From NCBI RefSeq assembly GCF_947568905.1, contig NC_079167.1:21266001-21330000 (forward strand): a DNA stretch of 64,000 bases, read 5' to 3'. The notes beneath the pieces are model-generated. The model saw only the letters and a program-made list of their open reading frames with translations. It did no database searches and was not told where the DNA came from. The position numbers and the translations under genes were made by a program. This DNA comes from Ostrea edulis. Lineage: Eukaryota. Within the stretch, counting starts at the first letter, position 1; every line of letters begins with the position of its first letter. Shown here piece after piece: positions 46,301-58,215 of the stretch.

Positions 46301-49300
46301 CCTACCATCAGTCAGCTCTGTTGTCAGCTCCTCCAGCATCCTCCTCAGACTGTCATACTCTTGTTCAGCTCTCTGCAGATTGGCTGCCATGTCATAGCCT
46401 AAATCACGATCAAACTGTAAAAGTGTGATACATGTACTTAAACTAGATCATGATTCAACTGTATAGGTATAATAAATGTAAATCAAAATACAAAATGATC
46501 AAACTGTAGAGGTGTAATAATTGTAAATCAAAATACAAAATGATCAAACTGTAGAGGTGTAATAAATGTAAATCAAAATACAAAATGATCAAACAGTAGA
46601 GGTGTAATAAATGTAAATCAAAATACAAAATGATCAAACAGTAGAGGTGTAATAAATGTAAATCAAAATACAAAATGATCAAACAGTAGAGGTGTAATAA
46701 ATGTAAATCAAAATACAAAATGATCAAACAGTAGAGGTGTAATAATTGCATTTTAAAATAGATCACAATCAAACTGCAAAGTTACAGTTGACTCTTGATA
46801 GCTCAAAGTCCAAGGGACCTTCAGTTGATAGAACTTCGAGAGATCAAGAGTTTGAGAGATCAAATCCGAAAATTAAAGGTCCAACTATTATGGTTCAGAT
46901 TTTACTGCAACCAGAGTGCATATTTACAACATCCTGGCATTGTTTTGAAACACTTTCCTTCTTACTTTAGGTACGTGTAATCGACTTGATTTTAAGAACA
47001 TGGAACTTTATTTTGCATAGATAAAAAGATTTTTTAAAGTTAATGTATTTATTTGTTGTTTTTCTTGTGTTAAGATAGATGTACATTTACGAGACTTTTT
47101 CATCCATAATGATGTTTCACAGTCACTAACTATACAGAGCACAATCCATCTCAGAATCGTCACAATTTTCAGTTACTTTACATAAAACACACATATAAAC
47201 AACAATGATTCCTTAGCATGTCTCTAAATCGTATTCTCAATTGTCAAATCCAAAAAAGTCTTAAAGTTGGCCATAGTCAAATTGTAATGAAAACAAAGCA
47301 CACTGAGGTGGAGAGTTAAACTGACCAATTAAACAATTAACTATCCACCCCACAAGGCAATGTGTCACCTACAAAAACACCTAATTAACACAGCTGAGCT
47401 AGCCCCTAGCATTCAATGTTATCCTGGTAAGGTCCAGCAGAAATAATTGTATGCATGAGTGATGAAGTGTATATGCTACCACCAATTTGAGAGATTGAGA
47501 GTGCAAAATATGGGACTCAAATTTTCACTTTGAGAGATTGAGAATAAATTTGCTTAATTACATTGAGAAAAAAATCGGGACCATGATTTCACTTCCAGAG
47601 ATCGAAGTTTGAGCCATCAGGAGTCACTTGGATAATAATTGTACAAATAGATCATGATCATACTGTACAGGTGTAACTACAAATAGATGATGATTATATC
47701 CCAATCTTCACATGTATACAATGTATAAGATACTGAACGTACAGAGAAACAGGATTTCTGCCTCTTCCGTTTCCTTACCAGTCGCTCTAAAGAATCCAAG
47801 AAATATTGTCCAGACTTTGTAGAGTCCACTTTCTTTGTGACTTTTGTGACAGCTAATTTTTGTCTCAGTTTGTGGTTCAAAGAAACTAACCTCCTCAGTT
47901 TGACTGGAATGTCTATATCATTTCTGAAAATAGAGAATTGAAATGAAATGAATTCCTTCCTGCATGCTGCATCCTACTTTATAAATGATAATGATCCCAT
48001 TTAAATTTTTGTTTACATCGTATTCAGCAAGGGCAGCGTTTTTAAAGTCTAAAAAAATTTCCACTATCGGGCTCTAACCTAGAACCTAACACTAGTGAAA
48101 CAGAAAATGGCACTTGACAATCTCACTTCAGATAAAGCTACATATTCAGATCTCATGCAGTGTTACAGTACTTTTATGGTAAATGTTCACTATACACAAT
48201 CCAAACGTTTCACTTCATCAGGAGCAGGCACACCTATGACATGTGTAGTTCTAATGAGATCTGATACCTCTACCTACCCATTTTTTAACAAGTGAAATCT
48301 GTTATCAGCTTCCGGTTCACCAATGTGTTCCTTGAATGTTGCACCACTAACACTAGGTGCTGGACATTTCTCCACACGTACTGATTTCGAGTCGATGCAA
48401 CTAGAGTGCCCAGGCGGTGACTTCGTTTTCTCTCTAGAATCCGGTGATGTATCATCCATTTCAAATTTTTCATTATTCTTTGTCTCTATTTCACCTTTCT
48501 CCATGCTTTGTGATTCAGCACTGTGACCCTGACTGATAACCTTGATCTGACCAGCACTGTGACCCTGACTGACCTGACCAGCACTGTGACCCTGATTGAC
48601 CTGACCAGCACTGTGACCTTGACTGACATGACCAGCACTGTGACCCTGACCAGCACTCTGACTCTGCTTGATCTGACCAGCAGCAGGTGTCCCTTTCATG
48701 GCCTTTGTTGCACCTCTAGGTACAAACTTTTTGCTCCTTGTTCCCTTAGTCATGGCTTCCTGATTTGTGGAATTTTTAGGAAATGAAAGACATGGATTTG
48801 TTTGAAAGGGTGCTTTAACATGATATTTATTGGATGGCGGTGGTCTGCTCATTCCATTCAGCTTTCTGATTTCTGCTTTTTTATTTTGTGTAAGTTTATC
48901 AGAAGTTGATGTTTTCAATATTTTGTTTTTAACATCATGTTTAATGGAAGAATTTATCTTATCAGTAGACATGGCAGTCTTTGGTTTTCCCTCTTCATCT
49001 GTTTTCAATTCTTTCCTTTGTGAAGATGAAGCAAGTGTTTGTGAAGATGAAGCAGAGGTCCTTGAATAACTCTTTGGACACTCCTCAGTCTGCCATATAG
49101 AGAATTGTTTAAATTTAGCACAGAAAACTTTATTTATAAATTTTACTATTTCATATTTTATTCTGCTCTGTTTATGAGAAGATGAAATGAATACTGTAGA
49201 AATTCCACTGAGTCAAAATTTCACAGATTATTAATTTTGGTTTGGTCTGCAGGTTTGAAATTCCACTGAGTTGCATGTCACATGAAATTAGCTTACATAC

Positions 49301-52300
49301 TTTATATCTGCTGGTATGACATTACGTGGATTTTATGTGACCGTGAACTCCAGCGGAAATAAATACTGCATGTAAAAATGTATGTTTACAGTTCCTACTT
49401 TAATTATACACGCATTAATGGTATAATGGTGATATAAAAACAAAGGAAACATAACGTGATTTGCATAATTCCTTCCTATTAGAACATGTCTTTTTCTGTG
49501 GGCCTCTTGCTTTTAACACATGTAAGTTTTGTCACATGCTTTTTTTCTGTGGATCTCTTGCTTTTAACACATGTAAGTTTTGTCACATGCTTTTTTCTGT
49601 GGGTCTCATGCTTTTAACAGGTGAAGTTTTACCACTTGCCTTTTTCTGTAGGTCTCTTGCTTTCTGGGCCTTAACAAGAAGTTTTTCCATGGCATCCATT
49701 GCCTCTTTTTCATCTTGCGTTAAGCTTTCTGAAATTTAATGATCTAAAACATAAATGCAATATAAAATGTGTTATTCTTTAAAAGAGTATTGAATAAATG
49801 TATATCTTGAAAACCTTATGTATGCTATGAATCAACTTTGGGCAGACAGTGGGGTTAGCTTCTCCCTTCTCTCAAAACATATCTCTCATCCATCTCCCTT
49901 CTCTCTCTCATTCATCTCCCTTCTCTCTCTCATCCATCTTCCTTCTCTCTCTCATCCATTTTCCTTCTCTCTCTCATCCATCTCCCTTCTCTCTCTCATC
50001 CATCTCCCTTCTCTCTCTCTCATCCATTTTCCTTCTCTCTCTAATCCATCTCCCTTCTCTCTCTCATCCATCTCCCTTCTCTCTCTCATCCATTTTCCTT
50101 CTCTCTCTAATCCATCTTCCTTCTCTCTCTCATCCATCTCTCTTCCCTATCACTCATCTCCTTTCTCTCTCATCCATCTCCTTTCTCTCTCACCTCTCCC
50201 TTCTCTCTCATCTATCTCCCTTCTCTCTTTCATCCATCTCCTTTCTCTCTCTCATCCATCCTCATTCTCTCTCATCCATCTCCCTTCTCTCTCTCTTCTC
50301 TCTCACTCATCCCCCTTTTCTCTCTCATCCATTTACCTTCTCTCTCACTTATCTCCAATCTTTCTCACTCATCTAACTTCTCATTCACTCATCTCCCTCA
50401 TCCATCTCCCTTCTCTCTTATCCATCTCCTTTCTCTCTCATCCATCTCCCTTCTCTCTCATCCATCTTTCTTCTCTCTCACTCATCTCCTTTCTCTCTCA
50501 CTCATCTCCATTCTCTATTATTCATCTCCTTTCTCTCTCATCCATCTCCCTTCTCTCTCATCCATCTTTCTTTGTTCTCATTCATCTCCAATCTTTCTCA
50601 CTCATCTCCCTTCTCTCTCATCCATCTCCCTTCTCTCTCATCCATCTCCAATCTTTCTCATTCATCTCCCTTCTCTCTCATCCATCTCCATTCTCCCTCT
50701 TCCTTCTCCCTCCTCTCTCATCCATCTCCCTTCTCCCTCTTCCTTCTCCCTCCTCTCTCATCCATCTCCCTTCTCTCTCTCACTCATCTCCCTTCTCTCT
50801 CACCCATCTCCCTTCTCTCTTTCATCCATCTCTCACCCATCTCCAATCTTTCTCATTCATCTCCCTTCTCTCTCATCCATCTCCCTTCTCTCTCTCTCTC
50901 ATCCATCTCCCTTCTCTCTGATCCATCTCCATTCTCTCTCTCTGATCCATCTCCCTTCTCTCTCTCACTCATCTCCCTTCTCTCTCACTCATCTCCCTTC
51001 TCTCTTTCATCCATCTCCTTTCTCTCTCATCCATCTCCCTTCTCTCTCATCCATCTCCCTTCTCTCTCATCCATCTCCTTTCTCTCTCATCCATCTCCTT
51101 TCTCCCTCATCTATCTCCCTTCTCTCTCTCTCATCTCCAATCTTTCTCACTCATCCCCCTTCTCTCTCATCCATCTCCCTTTTCTCTCATCCATCTCCCT
51201 TCTCTCTCTCATCAATCTCCCTTTTCTCTCACTCATCTCCAATCTTTCTCACTCATATCCCTTCTCTCTCACTCATCTCCCTTCTCTCTCATCCATCTCC
51301 CTTCTCTCTCTCACTCATCTCCAATCTTTCTCACTCATCTCTCTCTCATCCATCTCTGTTCTCTCTCTCATCCATCTCCCTTCTCTCTCACTCATCTCCC
51401 TTCTCTCTCACCCATCTCCCTCACTCATCTCCAATCTTTCTCACTCATCTCCATTCTCTCTCTCTCATCCATCTCCATTCTCTCTCATCCATCTCCCTTC
51501 TCTCTCTCATTTATCTCCAATGTTTCTCACTCATTTCCCTTCTTTCTCACCCATCTCCCTCTCATCCATCTCCCTTCTCTCTCTCACTCATCTCCCTTCT
51601 CTCTCACCCATCTCCCTTCTCTCTTTCATCCATCTCTCACCCATCTCCAATCTTTCTCATTCATCTCCCTTCTCTCTCATCCATCTCCCTTCTCTCTCTC
51701 TCTCATCCATCTCCCTTCTCTCTGATCCATCTCCATTCTCTCTCTCTGATCCATCTCCCTTCTCTCTCTCACTCATCTCCCTTCTCTCTCACTCATCTCC
51801 CTTCTCTCTCACTCATCTCCCTTCTCTCTTTCATCCATCTCCTTTCTCTCTCATCCATCTCCCTTCTCTCTCATCCATCTCCCTTCTCTCTCATCCATCT
51901 CCTTTCTCTCTCATCCATCTCCTTTCTCCCTCATCTATCTCCCTTCTCTCTCTCTCATCTCCAATCTTTCTCACTCATCCCCCTTCTCTCTCATCCATCT
52001 CCCTTTTCTCTCATCCATCTCCCTTCTCTCTCTCATCAATCTCCCTTTTCTCTCACTCATCTCCAATCTTTCTCACTCATATCCCTTCTCTCTCACTCAT
52101 CTCCCTTCTCTCTCATCCATCTCCCTTCTCTCTCTCACTCATCTCCAATCTTTCTCACTCATCTCTCTTCTCTCTCTCATCCATCTCTGTTCTCTCTCTC
52201 ATCCATCTCCCTTCTCTCTCACTCATCTCCCTTCTCTCTCACCCATCTCCCTCACTCATCTCCAATCTTTCTCACTCATCTCCATTCTCTCTCTCTCATC

Positions 52301-52995
52301 CATCTCCATTCTCTCTCATCCATCTCCCTTCTCTCTCTCATTTATCTCCAATGTTTCTCACTCATTTCCCTTCTTTCTCACCCATCTCCCTCTCATCCAT
52401 CTCCCTTCTCTCTCACTCATCTCCAATCTTTCTCACTCATTTCCTTTCTCTCTCATCCATATCCTTTCTCTCTCACCCATCTCCCTTCTCTCTCTCATCC
52501 ATCTCCCTTCTCTCTCACTCATCTCTAATCTTTCTCACTCATCTCCCTTCTCTCTCATCCATCTCCCTTCTCTCTCACTCATCTCCCTTCTCTCTCTCAT
52601 CCATCTCCCTTCTCTCTCACTCATCCATCTCCCTTCTCTCTCATCCATCCATCTCCCTTCTCTCTCATCCATCTCCCTTCTCTCTCTCATTCATCTCTCA
52701 CTCATCTCCAATCTTTCTCACTCATCTCCAATCTTTCTCACTCATCCATCTCCCTTCTCTCTCTCATCCATCTCCCTTCTCTCTCACTCATCTCCAATCT
52801 TTCTCACTCATCTCCCTTCTCTCTCATCCATCTCCCTTCTCTCTCATCCATCTCCCTTCTCTCTCTCATTCATCTCTCACTCATCCCCAATCTTTCTCAC
52901 TCATCTCCCTTATCTCTCATCCATCTCCATTCTCTCTCTCTGATCCATTTCCCTTCTCTCTCTCATCCATCTCCCTTCTCTTTTTCATCCATCTC

Positions 52996-53060
<65 letters not shown>

Positions 53061-56000
53061 CCATCTCCCTTCTCTCTTACTCATCTCCAATCTTTCTCAC
53101 TCATCTCCCTTCTCTCTCATCCATCTCTCTCTCTCTCTCCATCTCTGTTCTCTCTCTCTCATCCATCTCTGTTCTCTCTCTCTCATCCATCTCCCTTCTC
53201 TCTCATTCATCTCCCTTCTCTCTCATCCATCTCCCTTCTCTCTCTCTCATCCATCTCCCTTCTCTCTTAATCATCTCCAATCTTTCTCACTCATCTCCCT
53301 TCTCTCTCATCCATCTCTGTTCTCTCTCTCTCTCATCCATCTTTGTTCTCTCTCTCATCCATCTCCCTCCTCTCTCATCCATTTCCCTTCTCTCTCTCTC
53401 ATACATCTCCCTTCTCTCTCTCTCATACATCTCCCTTCTCTCTTACTCATCTCCAATCTTTCTCACTCATCTCCCTTCTCTCTCATTCATCTCTGTTCTC
53501 TCTCTCTCATCCATCTCCGTTTTATCTCTCTCATCCATCTCCCTTCTCTCTCATCTATCTCCCTTCTCTCTCTCATCTATTTCCCTTCTCTCACACTCAT
53601 CTCCAATCTTTCTCACTCATCTCCCTTCTCTCTCATTCATCTCTCTCTCTCATCCATCTCCGTTTTATCTCTCTCATCCATCTCCCTTCTCTCTCATCCA
53701 TCTCCTTTCTCCCTCCTCTATCTCCCTTCTCTCTTTCACTAATCTCCAATCTTTCTCACTCATCTCCCTTCTCTCTCATCCATCTCCCTTCTCTCTCATC
53801 CATCTCCCTTCTCTCTCATCCATCTCCATTCTCTCTCATCCATCTCCTTTCTCTCTCATCCATCTCCCTCCTCTTTCTCATCACTCTCACTCATCTCCAA
53901 TCTTTCTCACTCATCTCCCTTCTCTCTTTTCCATCTCCATTCTCTCTCATCCATCTCTGTCCTCTCTCTCTCTCTCTCATCCATCTCCGTTCTCTCTCTC
54001 ATCCATCTCCCTTCTCTCTTACTCATCTCCAACCTTTCTCACTCATCTCCCTTCTCTCTCATCCATCTCTGTTCTCTCTCTCTCATTCATCTCCATTCTC
54101 TCTCTCTCTCATCCATCTCCATTCTCTCTCATCCATCTCCCTTCTCTCTCTCTCATCCATCTCCCTTCTCTCTTACTCATCTCCAATCTTTCTCACTCAT
54201 CTCCCTTCTCTCTCATCCATCTCTGTTCTCTCTCTCTCATCCATCTCCCTTCTCTCTCATCTATCTCCCTTCTCTCTCTCATCTATTTCCCTTCTCTCTC
54301 TCATTCATCTCCAATCTTTCTCACTCATCTCCCTTCTCTCTCATCCATCTCCCTTCTCTCTCATCCATCTCCCTTCTCTCTCATCCATCTCCATTCTCTC
54401 TCATCCATCTCCTTTTTTTCTCATCCATCTCCCTCCTCTTTCTCATCACTCTCACTCATCTCCAATCTTTCTCACTCATCTCCCTTCTCTCTTATTCATC
54501 TCCATTCTCTCTCATCCATCTCCCTTCTCTCTCATCCATCTCCCTTCTCTCTCATCCATCTCCCTTCTGTCTCACTCATCTCCTTTCTCTCTCATCCATC
54601 TTTCTTCTCTCTCATCCATCTTCTTTCTCCATCACTCATCATCTCCTTTCTCTTTCACTCATTTTTGTTCTATCTCATCTCTCTCACTTCCCCTTTAGCA
54701 ATGTTTCCTTCAACAAAAATGTTCTTCATATCAAAACATTCCCGAACCTTACCTCTGTGGACTTCTTCGGATTTGGGATTTTCAGAGTGTGTGTTCATGA
54801 CATTGAACATTTCTTTGTCATCAGGTGGACCTTTTCTTGGCCTACAAAAAGGAATTCACCATGTAACATATGTGTGAAAATGGTTCAAAGTATGTAAACA
54901 CCATCAGATTTCCAGAAAGTAGAAATTGAGAAATACATGCATTACCAAGGCTTGAAGAGCATCTGCAGCTGGGAACAGTCATACTGTAGCGTTCTTATCT
55001 TCTTCTCAATATCTCGCTGTAATTCTGTCACATATTGACATGCACTACAAAAATGTTTATAAATGGCAATTGAACATATGATAATCAACTATCATATACT
55101 GGGTAAATACATGAAGACATTGTAATATGCCACAACTGCACATCATGATTTTAGGTCCAAACACTTTCCAAACCTGTGACTGTTTGATCTACTGATTGTT
55201 TGCTTCACGTTTAAATATTTTAAACTCTACGAGTCTACCTATCTGTATCCACTAAAATCATTGGTGACATCTTATCACTCTCTTCATATAGCATATTCAT
55301 CTAATTTTAGAAGTATGTTTTGTATGTTCAACAGAAGTCCAAAAAGTGTCTTCAACATTTCAGAGAGAGTTTTGACGCCAAAACCTTCACATCATCATCA
55401 GCTGCTACAGTCATGTTGAAATAATACACCATGGGTTTTATGTGGATCCATAACCAAGGTATGTGACAATGTGTATGTACACAAATTATGCAATTAAATT
55501 GTTTTAAAAGAAATGTCCCACTATTTCGAACCATTGTTCATCACACACTGTAGATCTATAGGAGAAAATTGGTTGCAATAGCACTCACTTAGCAACCAGG
55601 AGGCCCAAGTTGAATTCTCAAGCCTGACACCTCATAAAACTCTTTAACAAAAATAGTGACTGGATCTTCTCCAGCTGTCCAGAATTTGAAGAGAAAGTCT
55701 CGGGTCTTTTGGATATGACCTTAGAAACAAAGATCCTGTTTCATGCAATGGAAAGAACCTTCGCTGGTATATGACCAAAAGGTTAAATTTTGTTGCACTT
55801 CTCCTACAGCTGGTGATGCTTTTACAGGAGTGAAAAATTTGTAAATGGGACATATAGCAACAAACATGACAAACTGTGTTCAAAATAGTGGGCGTGTCAA
55901 GCCTGCTCGAGAAATGATAGCTAGCAGTCTCATTGCTGCAGCTCCCTGGTTGTTAAATATTAAGATGTTTGATATTAGTTCTAGCTAATTAGGAATTCAC

Positions 56001-58215
56001 AACTTTTCGTGCAACCCAATCTTAACTATCTAATTATCTATTAGCTAACTTTCAATTAAGAATTCAATTCTTAGTTTCGAACTTAACTCAAAGTTGATTT
56101 ATCTAATATTCCTGCAACTGGATTAAGATATTAAGATCTGACTTTATGACTAGGGACCTATAGAACTACAGCTAGCAGTAACAATGTCTACTAGTAAGTT
56201 TAGTATCATTTGATTGTGTCTTGATTTCTGCATGTTGCTGGTGTAAAATAAAGTAATGGAACATACTGTTACTGCAAACCACAGACATCGGACATTTGGA
56301 AAGAATGGTTCATAAGTACAGCGGTCCAGAATTTACAAAAATGAATACATATACAGATGAAACTGTCTTAGCAAACACCTGAAATAATTGGCCACTCCTG
56401 ACCAACGGCCAATTTTAATCCCTTTGACAATTCTTCCTATATATTTGTACTCAAATAAATGGCCACTTGACTAATGTTGTGCCACTGAACACTGAACCTC
56501 TGGAGTACCTAAGGAGACTGTGCTGGGTCCATTGCTATTCCTTATGTATATCAATGATTTACCTACACAAGTGAAGTCAAAAGCTTGTCTCTTTGCAGAT
56601 GACTGCCTCCTGTATCGGAAGATTAGCAGTCCAGAAGACACAGCAGTGCTACAACTGGACCTAGATAGCCTCCAAGAATATCTAATTATCTGAAATAAAT
56701 TGGTTAATGGCATTTAACCTTGACAAATGCGAGGTCATCTGCATTCCACAACCAGGTCTTGAATATGACCAACAGAGCCAAGTACCTGGGTGTAACTATT
56801 ACCAACAATCTTAGCTGGAACCACCACACAGACCAGGTGTGTAAGAAGGCAAACACCACCACAACCTTTCTCCAGAGAAATCTTCCATTCTGTCCCTGGA
56901 AAACCAAGGAGATGTGCTACACATCAATGGCCAGACTTCAAGTGGAATATGCTTGTACTGTGTGGGATCCCTATACCCAGTGCAACATCAATAAGCTGGA
57001 GAGTGTGCAGGGCTGCAAGATTTGTGGTGGCCGACTATTAGACCACCAGCAGTGTCACATCTATGATTCAGCAGCTGGGATGTGAATCACTTCAACAACA
57101 CAGACAAGCAGCAAAAGCAGTAATGATGTACAAGACCATGCGCTCCCTAGTAGCCATTCCATCTTCCCCTTTCCTCTACTCTGCTATTCGAGGCTATCAA
57201 CATCAACTGGAGATCACTTTTGCCAGAACAGACACATTCAAAGTATCTTTTTTTCCATTTGGTATCTTCCTGTGGAACTCATTACCACCTAGTGTCAAAG
57301 GAGCCCAATCCCTTGACTTGTTCAAGTCAGGGTTGCCAAAGATTTGTAAACATTATGTGAAAGTACTCTTTTAAACCAGTTTATAAATTGTAAAAATTGT
57401 AAATAAAGGACTCTCCCCTGCACATGTGTCCCTTTTAAAATCATCAAGTGTGATGATGCCCACAAGGCCCTGCACTTCAAAGGAAGAAGAGAAGAAGAAG
57501 AATCCCTAGCCATTAGGCTCTTTAACTATTCAGCAGCCATTTTGTTAAATGGCACATTTTGAGTGTGTGTTTGTGTCTGTCTATATGCATATGTACTTGG
57601 TTCACCTTTCAATTTGATTGGCCTGTTGTGTCAGAGCTCTCAGATTTTATACTAGAGGCAAAACATTGTTATTGTTAACAATAGTAAGAGGTAAAATAAT
57701 TTCTCCAGATCAACCATTATTTAAGAAATTTATTTTGCTACATCGAATGACAGGGGGTAAGTTCTACAGTTAAATCCCTTGACAATATCATATTTTGTTA
57801 GAATATCAGGTTGATGTGAATAGACAGTTTTTAAAAAAAGCACAGGGAAAGGGAGGGGCAGAACCAGGAAGGGAGGACTTGGATGCAAATATATGATGTG
57901 TAGGTCTTTAAAAAATTCAATTTGAACGCGTCAAGAATAGTACAAGTATAGAGTGAGTACGGGTGTGATAAACAATGCTCTGATTAATGAAAAAGTGAAG
58001 ATAACAAACAGTGATCAATCTCATATGTACAAAATTAAAAGTATTTCCTTCCATAATTTTATTGACAGAGTTTACAGCTACGTAAAGGAAAGATACTTTT
58101 TTTTCAAGTTATTATAAGTACTCAGGTCAAGGATAAAACACTGTTTGAACATTTAAAGACCAGTAACTTACTATTCGAGGGTTGGTAAACAAACTAAATC
58201 CAAGGAGGCCGACAT
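40363..58215 (-). CDS. TEDC2: Tubulin epsilon and delta complex protein 2-like (C16orf59 family), 623 aa: complement(join(40363..40468,40560..40734,41375..41476,43629..43730,46306..46414,47779..47923,48278..49089,49640..49728,54753..54841,54946..55044,58172..58215))
   Basis: Eleven exons join in phase to an 1872-nt ORF; intron 4 is GC-AG. Blocks recall human TEDC2 in the same order: [98 protein letters not shown]. The gene structure is strong; orthology comes from remembered sequence at low identity. Confidence 0.72.
40886..41050. mobile_element. Degenerate SINE remnant; related copies at ~55610-55795 (opposite orientation) and ~63430-63640
   Basis: Shared degenerate blocks TTTTGACC..GG(G)TTCTTT..GTGCCA..TGACAC(A/G)GGACCTC..GGTCAT among the three loci. 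Confidence 0.45.
41488..42538. repeat. 41-bp minisatellite GAACCAGAGCATCATGTTCTCAATAACCAGTTATAACCAAT, about 25 copies, TEDC2-like intron 8
   Basis: Direct inspection; the array ends about 10 nt from the acceptor AG of exon 9. Confidence 0.95.
43819..43990. mobile_element. Short MITE-like element
   Basis: CAGGGGCTGCATTCAATATCATAG ... CTATGATCTTGAACGCAGCCCTG imperfect TIR; no clear TSD. Confidence 0.55.
44698..46311. repeat. 20-bp minisatellite (T/A)CATATAGACCTACCATCAG with 28-bp variants, about 75 copies, TEDC2-like intron 7; the unit equals the exon-7 donor junction
   Basis: Reverse complement CTGATG|GTAGGTCTATATG(A/T) is identical to the last 6 nt of exon 7 plus the first 13-14 nt of the intron. 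Confidence 0.95.
46408..46780. repeat. 45-bp tandem repeat, 8-9 units, TEDC2-like intron 6; the unit contains the exon-7 acceptor junction
   Basis: GATCAAAC(T/A)GTA at 46408, 46452, 46497, 46542, 46587, 46632, 46677, 46722, 46767. Confidence 0.9.
48515..48690 (-). repeat. Coding 27-bp repeat in TEDC2-like exon 5 encoding (SAGQVSQGH)-like units
   Basis: [50 protein letters not shown] in ORF 48274..49008. Confidence 0.9.
49485..49665. repeat. ~50-bp tandem repeat x4 spanning the exon-4 end and GC donor of the TEDC2-like gene
   Basis: TTTTTCTGT(G/A)G(G/A)(T/C)CTC(T/A)TGCTTT recurs at ~50-bp spacing; the fourth copy is the exon end itself. Confidence 0.9.
49858..54692. repeat. 4.8-kb polypyrimidine/polypurine satellite (TCATCCATCTCCCTTCTCTCTC-type units), TEDC2-like intron 3
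   Basis: Plus strand is almost entirely C/T with sparse A; unit 20-26 bp; embedded pure (CT)n at ~52998-53056. Confidence 0.97.
56480..57500 (+). mobile_element. 5'-truncated degenerate LINE (L2/CR1 group) reverse transcriptase fragment, antisense in TEDC2-like intron 1
   Basis: [32 protein letters not shown] (FADD at 56592-56603), [41 protein letters not shown]; frameshifted; (GAA)n tail at ~57483-57500. Confidence 0.88.

Noticed and set aside
49818-54698. Very long ORFs (367, 1056 and 451 aa) rich in S, L, H, P and I
   Set aside because: They arise because the C/T satellite strand lacks stop codons. There is no domain content, and they lie antisense within an intron.
55340-55420. Possible first coding exon of the TEDC2-like gene (MLKTLFGLL)
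   Set aside because: Only a very weak donor (CT|GTTGAA). The 58172-58215 exon has the right phase, a GTAAGT donor and a good start context.
57853-57865. 13-bp match GAGGGGCAGAACC to SAFB-like exon 2 (63110-63122)
   Set aside because: Too short and purine-rich; flanks do not align; compatible with chance.
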